Shown: positions 39,012 to 53,002, counted from the stretch's first letter. The stretch: 64,000 nucleotides of DNA from Lingula anatina (GCA_051362555.1 CM120640.1:64396788-64460787); one strand, 5' to 3'. Program-made: numbers and translations. Notes: generated from the letters alone by a model not told the origin.

Positions 39012-41160
39012 TCGAAAAACTTTGCAATATTTACAAAAAACAATAAATAAACAAATAAACGAAAAGAACAGCGTACAAGGTATACAGCGAAAAAAATTCA
39101 ATGTCTTTCATACTAAAATGGGTTTTATTACTGTAATAAGAAAAAATAAAAAAAGGATTAGTATAACACGGAGAATAAGGTGACTGAGGCAATTATATTA
39201 CGACATGCAATTTGATTTTCACCTTTCAATTTTTTCTTTTGTTCTTGATGTTCGCACACTGATCTTGGTGTTCACACTGGCTAAGTCTCTTCAACAACTG
39301 CACTGGAGACCACGAGGACCCTGGACAAGACCATGTCGTGCAAATGAAATTCACCAAGCTCTGTTCTATTAAATATTGGCATATTTTGTACATTTTTTGC
39401 CCAGGGACTTGATGATATTAACAATAAAATTTGAAAGAGTGGCGGCTGTGGAATAAATTGAACAAGAGCTGGTCGAGCTATAGAAAAATAAGAATATTGG
39501 ATACATTTGCAAATAAGCTCCTCTTTTCTTTCTTTTTTTCTCATATTTAATTATTTGTTTATATCTTTATCTTTTATTTATCTATTTATTTATTTATTTA
39601 TTTATTTATTTGCTGTTTTAAATGCCATCTGGCCCTTTTTTAGTTCGTATTGCGGCGTGTAGTGATATATAATCGTCATTTATGAAGAGGACCCCATGTT
39701 TTTGTGTTAAACTCTTAACATGTTTCATCTTTCCGTTAAAGGTATGCTCTAAATGGCAAAGATTATTTGTGGTGTAGTGAATTATTTAAAAAAAATTCCC
39801 CGCAACATGACATTGGTGTGGTTATACCGATTTACCAAAGGCAGAGGTTTTACATTCATATGCAAAGGTTTTCATAAGTTTACATGACACGCTTCGATCT
39901 ATTGGCTTTTGTGATTTGAGTATTCAGAAATGGTTTTCCATCGATCGTGCATGTTATAATGTGGAATACTTGCGGTGCTTAATCAGATTAAAGATAAGTA
40001 ATTCCACTGCTTAGCACCAAAAAGAATTTTTAAAAAATGGCATCTATGAAATAGTTCCATTAGATGTGTTGTTCATTAGTATTTATCCAGTGCCGCTTTG
40101 CTTCGGATAGATTTTTATTCCTAAGGAGGAAAGGTACTGATTACAATGTAATTTTTTTTATTTACCCGACACGTTATTTAAAAACTTAAAATGCATTTTG
40201 TTGTCAACAACCGCTCATATATAAATTGCAACTACTATGAAGAGTTGATATTTCTCTATTAACAGTTCGGGAGGTAACTTGTATATATATCGTAAATAAA
40301 ATAAATATTTTTTCAATGCTTAATATTTAATGCTTCTTATTGGATTCAGTTTAGTTAACGACCAACAAATTATACGTAATCTTAAGGCGTAATCTTAAGG
40401 GAAAAGATTTTTGTGTTGAACTGTAAAAATCGAAAACGTGTATCTATTATGCAAAATTAGTTTCACGGGTGTTAAAAGATGCCGCTGCGGTAATATATAT
40501 AATTTGAAAATATGAGTCCCTTGGGCTGAAGGGCCAAACATGGTGATACATGTAGTTGCGTTTTCTAAAATGTGGCTAATATAAACTTTTTTCATTTAGA
40601 CAGATAAATAGTTATAGCCTATAGATTCATAGATAGATACTACGTAAGCATATTCCTGGTGAAGCATAGTGCCATTAACTACGAAATGAATTGCAGGTGA
40701 CAACTTGCCAGCAAATTTCAAAATGCAGGTCTTTGAGGTTTAGAATTTCATTGCTTGAGGGTAAATCTGAGGTGGAAGATGGTCTCTGCATAACTTCTGT
40801 GTCAAACTGCAGTATGATAGAAATCTATTCAGTGCACGGCCTCTGGGGCAAAACACAGAGGATCAAAAAAGACATGACGTGTCAAAAGATCCCATATGTC
40901 GTGTATTTATTAGATCATTTATATCGTGTACTTATGCTGTTGTAATTTAAAGGACAATAGATTAGGCCGGTGAGCCAGACTGTATAGTAAGTCTGCCGTT
41001 TGCCATATGGAACATGTAAATATAAGCAATAATTTTTTTTCTGCATGCTTTTTCTGATTGTTTTACATTACATGTGTAAAAGAGAGGTTACTAGGTAATC
41101 TGATCTGATTCATTTGCCAAGTCAATCTATATCAGGGCAAGTTTCAAATGACTATCATAA

Positions 41161-41210
<50 letters not shown>

Positions 41211-44200
41211 CAAACTGCAAATATTCAAGTTCTGTAGCAATATGGGAGTAGACATTTTGCCGTGTTTATTGTGGGCAAAGGCTCTTACAATGTGTGCTTC
41301 ACATACGGCATCGTCACTCCTTGTATTTTCAACGACACTGGTTTAGAATCCTTTTAATCAATCTATCTTTCGACATTTAAATATTTGCGAGATCTGATCA
41401 GTCTCAATGAGATACAAAACATGTCAATTTAAGATTTTGCATACATTTTAGAAGTTATACATTCTTAAAATACCCTGTAACTTTGTTCGTGTTTTTGAAG
41501 TTCGAACAAAATTGTGGCTGATACACATATTGATTCATTTTGCAGGAAAATTATTTAATAACATAATTTTTCAAAATAGACGAGAATCTAGACTGGGAGG
41601 ATATACGACGAGAACGTAACTTGGTCTGAAGTCTCTCCCTCTCTCTCGTACCATGGCCGGTGCGACCCTCGACGACTTATGATGCAAAAAAAAATGTCCA
41701 AGATAGCAACAAGCAATGTATAGAAAGTGAATATCTGAAACCATAGAAAAAGTCTAAACCTTAGTAACTATAAGAATATTTACTTCAATGTTATGTTCCT
41801 CCTTTCGCCAGAAACAGTGTGTTAATTATAATCATTCAACTGCACAAACAGATGTGCGTAAATTTTGATATTTTCTCAGCTTTAACCATAACAACGGATG
41901 TCGTTATTTCATACTATGGGACAAAAACACCTTTACTTTACGATAACATGCTTCGCGTTGACTTCGGATTTCCGTTGAAATTGTTAAGGATGCACTGGTA
42001 AAGCTACTGAAACTTAAAATTGTTTTCAACCGTATTCGTATTTTTGCTTATATTCACAATTTTGTGCGTATGATGAATATATCGAGTAGCTTTGCGCTAA
42101 TATGTTATAAATCGCCATCGTCCATATTTTTATAGTAAAAGAAATGAACAAGAAACAAATCAGTTGCACAAACTGCTCACGTGGCGAGTAATCTGTTAAA
42201 CTACACCACAAGAGACAATAGAATGAAAATAAGCAAGGTTTTTCTTTACATATTACTAATAATATCTATTAATTTCTTTTACTGATATATAGCGAAGAAG
42301 ACATTAACCCCTGTCATCCGCTCCTTGCTTCCTCTTCAAATATTTTAATAGAATCCTCTACTGAAGTCCTTTTTTTTTTTTTTTTTTTTTTTTTTGCAAT
42401 TTCCTTATAACAACTAGCTCTAGAATGATACAAAAGTGTCAAGCATTATTATCTCGAAATTGTTGTTATACATGAAGCTTGGAATATGTAATACTGTGTT
42501 AAAGGATTTATTAGACCTATGGTGGTTACGGGTTTCTTATTTTGGAAATAAATTATTAAGGTTAGATCCATAATGTAATATGAATCTTATATTTGTGAAT
42601 ACTTAACAATATAATTGTTAACAGATCCAGTGAAACTATTTTTCCTGGTATTACTATATTTATTTCAGGACTAATGAAATGGAAATTACTGGTACGTCGA
42701 ATAGAGAATTTTTCCACTTCAAATGGTATCCGGTGTAAATAAGAATGTCAAAAATTAATTAAAGCCATAAAAGAGTGTACATTCTGAATCACTGCAGAAC
42801 TTCTGTTTTTTAAAAAAAACTGAATGCTAAAATTCAGATGTGTGTTAGTTTCTGATTTAAAATTTGACTGACATCACTTATCAGCTGTATAACGACATGA
42901 TTATGATTTCATGAATCGATGCACTACCGGCAAGATGTTAGTCTGAAATACTAACATAAAACTCAGAATTAACAGAAATAAAGAAAAAAAGCAGGACGTA
43001 GAGTGATTTTTACTTGCAAGGAGCGTTGTTTTTTTATCATGTTCACCATCTAGTGAATCAGAATACTTTTTAATCACATCAAATCTATGATGGTGGCTTG
43101 GTGAATATGTTTACACTTACATTTTAATTGGTCTTCGAGGTATGTTATTTTTTTCTTTTTTCTTTTTATTTTTACAACAGGAATACATATATATCTTGTA
43201 AAAGAACGTACAATAGCCTGGGCAATCTCCGCCGGTCTAAAAATCTTATCGTGTTATTTTTTCTTGATGTGTCAATCTGCTAATTGTAATTTAGAAGGCA
43301 AAGTCAATAGTAACACCCAAGCAACTGGCCACTCCATAATATGCCTTGTTTTGTCTTTTAAATCGATCTTCTTATCCACTGAAAATAACTTTATTGACTA
43401 TTAGTTTCTGAATTCCCTTGGTCTCTGCAGGGAAATGATGAAGGTCAGGGTAACGTCAGATTATCATATATAACTGGTTTTTGTACAAAGTGTATGTGCA
43501 TTGAGTTCGTATAAAATTGATGTGTTAAAATATTGCTACATTTTTTCCTGCAAATGCTACATTCGTTCAAACAGCTGATCGCCGCAAAATGGATCAATGA
43601 AGAAGCAGCGATTACTCAAACAATGAACGAGAAAAACAGAGGTGATATCAGTGAACTGAAGCATATTTCCACGAGAATAACAATGAAAAGTAATAACATC
43701 AGTTCTTTGTCGCTTTTTATCATACCTTACAACTCCTCCTTAGCTGAGTTCGTCTTAAAAAAGAAAACAAGCTCATACTCGAGTTTGTCGTTGAGAAAGA
43801 ATTCTATTTCTTTCCTATTATTTTCCTAATTTGAACCAATTGCCAAAAAATTGCTCTGATAAAGTGACGGCTGATAGCAACCGCTAGATAGCAGTTTTGC
43901 GTGATTGCACAGAGAAAAGTAAATACCACGTTGGAGCCGACGTCTGTTAAAGAATCACCGGCAAGAAAATTAATGTTTGCTAAGCTGAACGTTTATAAAA
44001 CTAACATGGAGACATTTTCGTTTTTGTCAATTTAGTATGACTCCTATATCAACCAAAAGGGTCTGTTTTAGTAGCTGATTATGCCTTTCAGTTGTGAAAT
44101 CTAATCTCTGCCCTCAGTTTCTGCGCCGAAGTAACAAGGAAGCGCCCGATCAGTCGAAATTGGTATGTCAAAAACTAAATTGAAATTGATGATAATGGAC

Positions 44201-45630
44201 TCCATTTATCAACCCAAGTTTTTCAGCTCTGTCTCTGGATAATTGGTATTGTTATTGACTCAGCTGATGCATTGAAAGTGTAATTATGTCTGCACGACAC
44301 TCGGAAAAATAAGAGAGATAATAGCCTGTGCCTTCAGCTTGCACGAATGCTTCCCGCTTGCGCTCCTTATTAATTTAAAACAGTAAATTACACATACCAT
44401 TAATCAGCAGTTGTTCGTACGCCACGGGCACAAGGTCGGCGGGCATCTCCATAATCATAAAATCTCTGATGAGGAGAGAAAAAAGATGACTTATCAAAAG
44501 CTAGCCAGGAAACTAACGCAGTCTTCATAAAACGTCGGATCAATCACACGACGGAACGTGCAGGCATTAATCAAAAAAGACCGGAGATTCCTCACTTTGT
44601 TTATATACAGTAATCAACCTATTATTTCTAATTATCATATTGATGACGTAATCAGAGAATCACTGTGGTATTTTCAGCGTTGATTAGCGTTAAGAAGGAG
44701 ATTAAAAAGACAATAAATAAATAATAAACGAGTACAACCAATGGCTTTGGAGGAGTGCTTAATAAAGCGAGTTTATATAATTTTAATAGTAACTTTCTAT
44801 GATAAACTCTTCCAAGATATTTTATTCGTCTTGAATAATTTAGTTAATGATGGAAAATAATATAAGGTTAACATTAATCTATTCTGGAAACTTTTAATTA
44901 TTCCCTTTCTGAACAAATGTTTGCGCTCTGTTATTTATTTATTTATTTCTCTCTATCTTTCACTCTCTCTCTTTCTACATTTTTAAGTATAATTCGCTGT
45001 GCTCTAGATTGACCAATAAAGAAAAAAACGTTTGACCTAATGTTAAAGGAGATAGCAATGTGAAAGAAGAATAAATTATGTGATTTTTTTGTCTTGTTTC
45101 TGTAGGTTTGGTTCCAAAACCGCCGTGCGAAATGGAAGAAGCGCAAGAAGGCGACCAACGTATTCCGAACACCGGGAGCCCTCTTGCCGTCTCACGGACT
45201 GTCCCCCTTCGGCACTGTCAACGATTCATTCTGTGGCTTCCACACGGGAGACGGGCGGGGCTGGCATGGAATGACACAGATGTCTCAAATGCCTCAGCTA
45301 CCAAGCTCACTGACCCTCCCACCAAGCCTGCCCCGTCAAGGCCTAGGTCCAGGTCTAGCGACCACCGTCTCCATGACCGGACTCTCGCCAAATCACGTAT
45401 CTCAGGCAAATGGTATCAGCGTTACCAGCTCTTCTATCACGGGCGGGTCCTCCATGTACTGCCCGCCATACAGCTCCGTTACTACGTGCTCAACCCCCCT
45501 GTCTCACAGTCCAAGCCCCCCGGGCTCCTGCCCTGTAGGAATTCCAGACATCAGCGAGGCGTGGAGAGGTACAAGCATCGCTGCACTGCGTAGAAAAGCC
45601 ATGGAACATACAATGACTAACTTTCGATAA
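37975..45630 (+). CDS. Otp: Orthopedia, PRD-class homeodomain transcription factor with C-terminal OAR motif, ~284 aa
   Basis: Exons are 37975-38038 ([21 protein letters not shown], phase-1 donor G|gtaagt), 38395-38660 and 45106-45630. The homeodomain [46 protein letters not shown]|[15 protein letters not shown] is followed by [15 protein letters not shown], and the OAR motif is [16 protein letters not shown]. All are diagnostic for Otp. The intron is at the typical PRD-class VQ|VWFQ position. The first exon is the least certain. Confidence 0.96.
38938..39008. repeat. Compound (GT)n(GA)n microsatellite in Otp intron
   Basis: Directly visible. Confidence 0.95.
41164..41206. repeat. (CT)n microsatellite
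   Basis: Directly visible. Confidence 0.95.
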
Positions 45631-48600
45631 ATGTATTTAATGCATGATGATAAAAGAAAACGGATCCTTTACCAGACTAGGTATCGAATAATTGCTCTGG
45701 TGATTTTTTGATACGCACTTGCTTATTTTTGAAAACAGGTAGTTGTTAATGAGGTTATTTTTTATCTAAGATAATTAATCGTTTTATGTTGACTATAGCG
45801 ACTTTATATAACCTAATTTGCCACAAAAAAAGCACTGGCTCTTTTTAAATGAAAAAAGACGAGTTAAATGTTTTTATAAATATATGGTACCTACTATATA
45901 GTGTAATAAAATGGAATGGAATAGAAATTTTTACTTGTTGCTAATTATCAAAGTGTGAATATTTTTAGCGCTAACACTCTTGGTTGAATATATATTAAAT
46001 TGTATATATCTATATCACACAGATATAATTATTTTATTGCTAAACGTTGTAATAATTTGTCAATCTAAGTTTTGTTATTTATACTATTGTGCGTGAAATT
46101 GTAGCCAAATAATTTATTTTGTCTTAACATATTTATTTTGCGGTATTGAGCACAATATTTTAAAGTGTCTAAGTAAGTAGTAAGAAGCCACATACAGTAT
46201 GGGTAAAACCCTCCCTGTAAAAGTGATGCCGAGATCGCGGTTGCGATGAAATTCATGGGGCTAAGTGCCAATTTGTAAATATTGAAGAAGGCGGTACTGC
46301 ACTATAGTACAAAAGTACAGCTTATGTTATTTATGTCTGAGGGACCAGAAACGTCTGAAATGCATGATTTCTTTAACTTACACGTAACCAAAAGAGTTTT
46401 TCCGTAATTTATCAATTTTAGATCTTCTTTTTGACCATGATCTTTTTTTTAAATTTTATTTTGTAGTGTTATTCATTAGCAATCGGTATTGTTATTATAT
46501 TTATTGTACTTTTTTCTATGTCTAAATGATGAATGTTATTTACAAATATATAAGGTTGTTGTTAGCAATCTTGCTAACAATGCCACAACAACAGAACAAC
46601 ATAATTCATTCCACTCAGTTGGTGTGTTTTTATCACCTTTAAACCCTTTGATCAACGAAATCGAAACGAAAATGAAGGGCAGACAGTTGAAAGGGTTATC
46701 TTAATTAGGCCATAGAGCTATGCGTTTACATTACTATTGTGTTTGCAAAATGATGATTTCATGACATGAATGCTGTAATAAGATACGTTGCGATTTTAAC
46801 TGCACGTCGGTGCATCCATTTGGAACACAATCAATCGGATGCATTAGGCAGATTAGTGTTTTAAAACACAGGGCGTTTCCGATATCGTCTGTTAAAAGAC
46901 GATTGTTCACTAAAGTTCGCACTGAAGAATATAGCAATAGCGCATTGTTTTTATTTTATCAAAATTGAAAATTCACATGTTTCCCACATATTTTTAATTC
47001 TGCGTCCCACGGCACCCTTTATTCAGCACAGCACTTCATAGGGCTTTGTGGCGTTTTAATATAATGCACGCTGCTCAACAAATGGTGCACCGTCAAGTCC
47101 TTCTTGTCATTGTAGGCATGTTTCATCAGATCGTGTTATTTCGTGCAGATTCAGGTGCAGCGCATACTTAATACACCGTGTTAGTTCGTTTATCACTGTG
47201 TAGTAGTCATTTATTTCATCTCATATTTATTGGGAATTCAGTGTCGTTTGGCTTATCGACATGTTAATATTGAGTCGTGAACAAATGTCATTATTGCCAG
47301 CAGAGCCATTGTAAAAAAACCCGAAGGTGCGAATCCGAGACAGATATGTGTTTAATGAATCTCATCAAGTATGATTCATGAAGTCAAGAATACAACAATA
47401 AATACTAGTTTAATGTGTAGCAGTTTCTGTTTAATGCACTATGTGGTGGTTTCCCTATAAGATCGGAGCTCCTCAACAGCTGAGTCCGCCGAGGTGTTGA
47501 TTTCACGTCAAGCTAACTCTTGTTCATCTTTTGCTTTTCATTTGCGTCATTTGGTTTCATATTAAGTAAAGATAAGAATGATATGTATCGTATTACCATG
47601 GACGCACGCAAATCTGCAGCTACGCAGATGTGAAAGCTCTAAATGAAAAGGGCATTTTTTTCTGAACCGCAACAGAAAAAATAATTAATAAACAGTTGTT
47701 CAAAAGGTGAATAAAGCTGAAAGCGCGATTAAATAGCATAAAATTATTGTATGACGTCATGGAGGCAGATTCATTAAGCCCTAATGTAAGGAAATGACAA
47801 TTTTTAACAGTCATAATCGATATCAGTCTCAGTCATAGTCGTCTTTATCATTTATTTCATCTCATATTTATTGGGAATTCAGTGTTGTTTTTATATCTTG
47901 AATTTTATAGTTTGGTTTTGAATTAACATGAAAATCCACCGTCTATAATACTGAGGCTAAAGGTCATTAGGTCCCAAACGTTTTATTTAGTATGAGGGTT
48001 CTTAATAATATGTGACAATATAATATTATTGGTGAGAAAGCTAATTACGATTGTTGGCGTAAATGTTGATAATGAACCTTTCAATTCACTGAATTAATGC
48101 TTTCTTGAAAATATGTGACACGGACATAATTACAATCGAGGCAACGATTCCCCAGGCACCAAATAAAGATATACTATTGACTCTGTAGCCCCAGTGTGGA
48201 TTTCTTGGCTAACAACATTCGAGGAATTTCAACATCATTTTCTGATATATTGTTCATTCCTCTTAGAATAGGTCTTAGAATAGGCAGGAGACATTTGAGA
48301 AAAGTTTAAACATCCCTGTAAACCTTTCGAATACTGCATAGTCTATTTATGCAGAGGCAGACCGAGGCTTTTTCTGACATGCATTAAGAAGTCTGTAGCC
48401 GAGTTTTGAAAGGATACCATTAAGGAAGAGTTCTCTAATCGAAAGTGAAACTTTTCAATATGATTTCATAATCTGACGATTTTGATAAACTGCATACTTT
48501 TTATAAATCAGATAAATTATATTCATTTATGCATTTTTTCGTCATTTTTTGCACAGATAGTTATCACATCTGATTGCAAAAGAAAGTTAAGAGAAACGCC

Positions 48601-51293
48601 ATTCTTTACCTTCGAATAAGGACAAACATGCATGTAAATTTGTTGCAATGCTGATAGACAATTCAAAGTGAAAATGATGAAAAAATAACAAAAACAAACA
48701 AAAAAAAAACAAACAAAAACTGCATATCTCATAAATAAATACAAAACTGCAAACTAATTGGCAAAGCTCGCGTACTTACAAAACAGTCTTTGGCGCTTTA
48801 CAAAATTAGCCTGACACGTAGTAATTACAAAATCGACTTAATTTAGAGGGTAGAACAATAAACACTGTCACACCTTGCCCTCTGCATCTAGACTGGACGG
48901 TTTTATTGCATTATCTTATTATTATTACTATGGTCTTATCCTTCTATATAATGAATCGTTTCTGATTTCTACCCTTGGCACGCACTTGGTGACTGATACA
49001 CGAAGCCTAGATTTAATATCCTGTGTTCAGAAACATCTGCTTATATTTTGAAGGATGTGCGACAAAAAGCACTGATTGCTGCTGTTTGGAATACCCATCA
49101 CTTCAAGTGAGAAACTGCTACATTTTTTTACCATTTCCTTTCAAGGCATTCTACTTCACGCTCCCGGTCACCGTATAAATAAACACCTTCACTGTCCTCT
49201 TAATTAAGCCGCGATATCATGACACTGTAGCTTGAAATAAACGTAGAAATAACTTGGGATGTTAGAAGAGCAGTTTTCCTGTTTTAAAGAAAATAAGGGT
49301 AAGCTGATTGCCCTTCTATACGTTGTCGGATGTTTTCCTAGTTAACATACATAAAAAGTCTTTCATTTTCGCAAACAATCAGTTCTAACTCTGGGAAATT
49401 GGACTGTTTGATCAATGCTTTAGTCAATTTAGAAGGTTCACGGTAGGCGTCTTGGTGCAACGTGTAATACACATGCACAACAGCAACACTTTCGATTACC
49501 GTACATAAATATAAAGCACAATAGATTAAAAACTGAAAATAAAATCGAGATGTTTATTTTCTATTACCTGCAAAATGCGTGAGAATGTTGTTGTTTACTT
49601 AAGCAAAATTTGGCATGACTAGGATGGGTATAGACATATCTCCATAGTCCATGAGGTCATTCATCACTTGAGGGGAGGGGGGAGGCGGGCATTCCCTTTC
49701 TCTTCAAGATAACTAAGAACTGAACTACATCTTGAAAAGAGTGAAGAGAATTTTTGAGAAAATTACTAAATTACGTACTGTCTTCTACAGCCTCACCGGA
49801 CATAATCCCGCGGCGAATTCCCCCAAAAGGAAGTTGTTACCTACTCTGTGTACAATTATTTAATAACTACGCCTTCAAGTGTATTTAAAGAGAATCATTC
49901 AGATACAGTGAAAATTGACCTTCTCTCTAGCATCCAGTCACTGTGCTTTAATTCTAAGTACTAGGTGATTGGACTCATCTGCATCCCATGTCTTAAAATG
50001 AGTGCATTGATTTGACCTGTTCCTTAAATTTGCCAGACATTTACCTATTTTTGTTTTTTTAGTTATCCTAAAAGCCGGCCACACTCTGTGTCTTTGTTGT
50101 TTCAATTTACCAAACCGCTATCACCATTTTCGTGTAAGAGAGTAATAAAATGAAATCAGATCTTAGGTAACCTTTGCAATTCCATTTGCATGTATTAGTT
50201 AAAGGAGATGCAATAAGGATAACTGGGAATGTCTTTAGGTGAGTTGCAGGATCCAACTGCACGCCTACTTATTAACAATTAAATCGGGATTGTTGGGTTC
50301 AAAAAGCTACCTTATGATATCTTTGAGTAAATGGAAAACAGTAACATACATAATCTTGCGACAGCCATTATTTTTTACATTGGTGGAAAAAAGGTTCAGG
50401 TGTTTTTGCTATCTTTGATATAAAATATTGATAAATAGAACATTTGTAAATTCCCGTTCCGAGATGGAAAACCCGTGAATTCAATTTCAAGAAAATATTT
50501 TATTCAAAATTCGTATTACAATATGCTTAAATCATGATTATCAGAAATATATATTGTTAATTAACGCGCCCATGCTTGTTTGATGTTTATAATTTAACTG
50601 TCATAGCTTAACTTAGTGTAATGCTATCTTAGTAGACCATGCAGATAACTATTTCTCACCATCCTACCCCTGGTCGCTGCACTCGACTGAAGTGAAATAC
50701 AACCAAACCCAACAGAGAAATTGGACTGAATCTCCGTCGCCAGAAGTCGTAAATACCCAAATGTACTTAAAAAGTCACGACTAAACTGTTTATGTGCCAT
50801 CAAACTCGCATGTCATTTTATTAGAACTCAGATTATCACATAAGCGTTAGAGATTTATCAACTGAAATTAAAGCTGAATTATCAAGTGGTGCACTTTCCT
50901 GTTTCAGTTCTCTTTCCCAGAAAATGGATCCACACGACGTATATTATATATAAAAATATTCTTCATTCTTATTGGAATTAAGTCATTATGTGTGGGCTAT
51001 CCTGACCAAATTGCATGCTTGCTATTTGCGCACTGGTAATGCAAATTTCCAATTGGAAATAAGTAATAAATAATAAAGAGCACTGCTCTGTTGTATCCAT
51101 GTATAAATAAAAGTTCAAATTACAAAGACAGCCAATTAGGTACATAAGACAAATCTGTATCATAAGAACATCGACCAATTCATCCACTGGACGGATTTTT
51201 TTCATAAAATTAAGATTTGGCCTTAAAGTAATATTTCGTCTTCAACATAAGGACTGATTTCTCTCTTTATGGCTGCCTTTTGGTATCGGTATC

Positions 51294-53002
51294 TTACGAA
51301 GAACTAACGAGTGGCTTGGTTGCTGACGCGTCAGTAGAACTTACGGGTGGTTTGGTTGCTGGTTCGTCAGTAGAACTGACGGGTGGTTTGGTTGCTGGTT
51401 CGTCAGTAGAACTGACGGGTGGTTTGGTTGCTGGTTCGTCAGTAGAACTGACGGGTGGTTTGGTTGCTGGTTCGTCAGTAGAAGTGACGGGTGGTTTGGT
51501 TGCTGGTTCGTCAGTAGAACTGACGGGTGGTTTGGTTGCTGGTGCGTCAGTAGAACTGACGGGTGGTTTGGTTGCTGGTGCGTCAGTAGAACTGACGGGT
51601 GGTTTGGTTGCTGGTGCGTCAGTAGAACTGACGGGTGGTTTGGTTGCTGGTGCGTCAGTAACGAGCGGTTTGGTTGCTGGTGAGTCAGTAGAACTGATGG
51701 ACGATTCAGTTGAAGTAGACGTTTTGGTATTTGAACTAACTGTTGTCTGCGTTGCTTTAGTAGTATTTGAAACAGTATTACGGCTTACTGAAGACTGCGT
51801 TACTTCGGACGATGTTACTGGAGCCTCCGTCGTTGCAGCTTTGGTTGAATCAGCCACTGTATTTGTTGAGATTGCATCTGTTGGTCCGTTAGTGACAGTT
51901 GTATCCGCTGCTGTGATAGAGGGTGTGGTCTGCGCTGTAGTGGAGGTCGTTGTTGAAAGGGCAACACAACCTGCGCTCTCGGCGAAATCACACACGTGTA
52001 GTCTTGCATTGAATTGCAGTTGGAATGGGCAGACCTTGATGAAGGCTTTGCTATAGGAACACTGGTAAAACCTGCTGCAGTTATACGCATCAGGATAAAG
52101 ACCGAAAGGTTTCGGACACGTAAACTTGGGAGTACCTGAGAAGGGTGTGTTTTGTGTGGTAACTACAGGGACTTGCGTTTGGCACCTGGCCTTCTTGGGA
52201 TAATCACAGCGCTTGTTGCGGTTGTTGAAATGCAGCCCGGCGGGGCAGTTCAAGCGGAACGATCGAAGTCCTTTGTAGCATTGGTAAAACTTGCCGCAGT
52301 CCTCGGGGTCGCGGAACAAACCAGAACGTTTTTTCGGGCATTCAAATGTTGAGGCGGGAAGGGCAATCAAACCTGCAACAAAGGTTTAACTTATTGTTAT
52401 TGGCAAACCAGTTTTGTCATATAATTTTTTTATTAACACGCATGTATCAATAGGCTCGAGTACCGCAGGCTAGTTCTGCCTCTCCCGTATTAAAACGAAT
52501 GATTATGTATTAGTAGAGAATGCAGAAAAAGTTGGAACTAGCAGCAGTACCAGAGGTTTTTTCACTGGTATAGTGTTATGACCCAATGCTATAATTCGAC
52601 TACCGAAAAAAGTGGATTTACGTGTAAAAGTTCTATTTGCTAGCTCTTAAAAGTAATTAATTATTTTTTCATAATATATAATTGTACAAGGTCCGACAAA
52701 TACTTTGTAAAGTAAACATTATGCATGATAAAATATGTCCTTAAAACTGATAGAGGGAAGGGATTAAGTTTCCTAAAAATGATTAAGTCAAAAAAAAAAA
52801 AAAAGTGAAAAAAGAGGTTCCTACATTGAGTGCATTCACAACTCCTAAATATATCAACAAATCTATTCTTATTTCTAAATTAATTAAAATCTTTCTAACT
52901 ACAAGATTGAATTTCATGTAAACCGATTGAAAAGAATTTTGAATTATAAAATAACTTACCTAGCACAAAAAGGCATGCAAGAATTTCATCAGAAAATTTC
53001 AT
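51294..53002 (-). CDS. Secreted chitin-binding peritrophin-A (CBM14) x2 protein with Ser/Thr/Pro-rich mucin-like tail, ~373 aa
   Basis: Exon 53002-52960 (MKFSDEILACLFVL, donor G|gtaagt) splices to 52372-51294, giving a signal-peptide-like MKFSDEILACLFVLGLIALPAST. Two six-cysteine domains follow (CPKKRSGLFRDPEDCGKFYQC...CPAGLHFN...CDYPKKARC and CPKPFGLYPDAYNCSRFYQC...CPFQLQFN...CDFAESAGC), then a T/S-rich region and 12-aa repeats. Confidence 0.9.
51297..51697 (-). repeat. Coding minisatellite, 36-bp unit (TD[A/E]PATKPPVSS), 9 full plus 2 degenerate copies
   Basis: GTCAGTAGAACTGACGGGTGGTTTGGTTGCTGGT(T/G)C is repeated nearly perfectly on the plus strand. Confidence 0.95.

Noticed and set aside
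45108-45593. 161-aa alternative-frame ORF over Otp exon 3
   Set aside because: It has no proper start or compatible splice phase, and such open frames are expected by chance in GC-rich coding sequence.
51280-52056. 258-aa plus-strand ORF with VELTGGLVAG repeats
   Set aside because: It is the antisense shadow of the coding minisatellite. The minus strand has the signal peptide, CBM14 domains, splice sites and TATA box.
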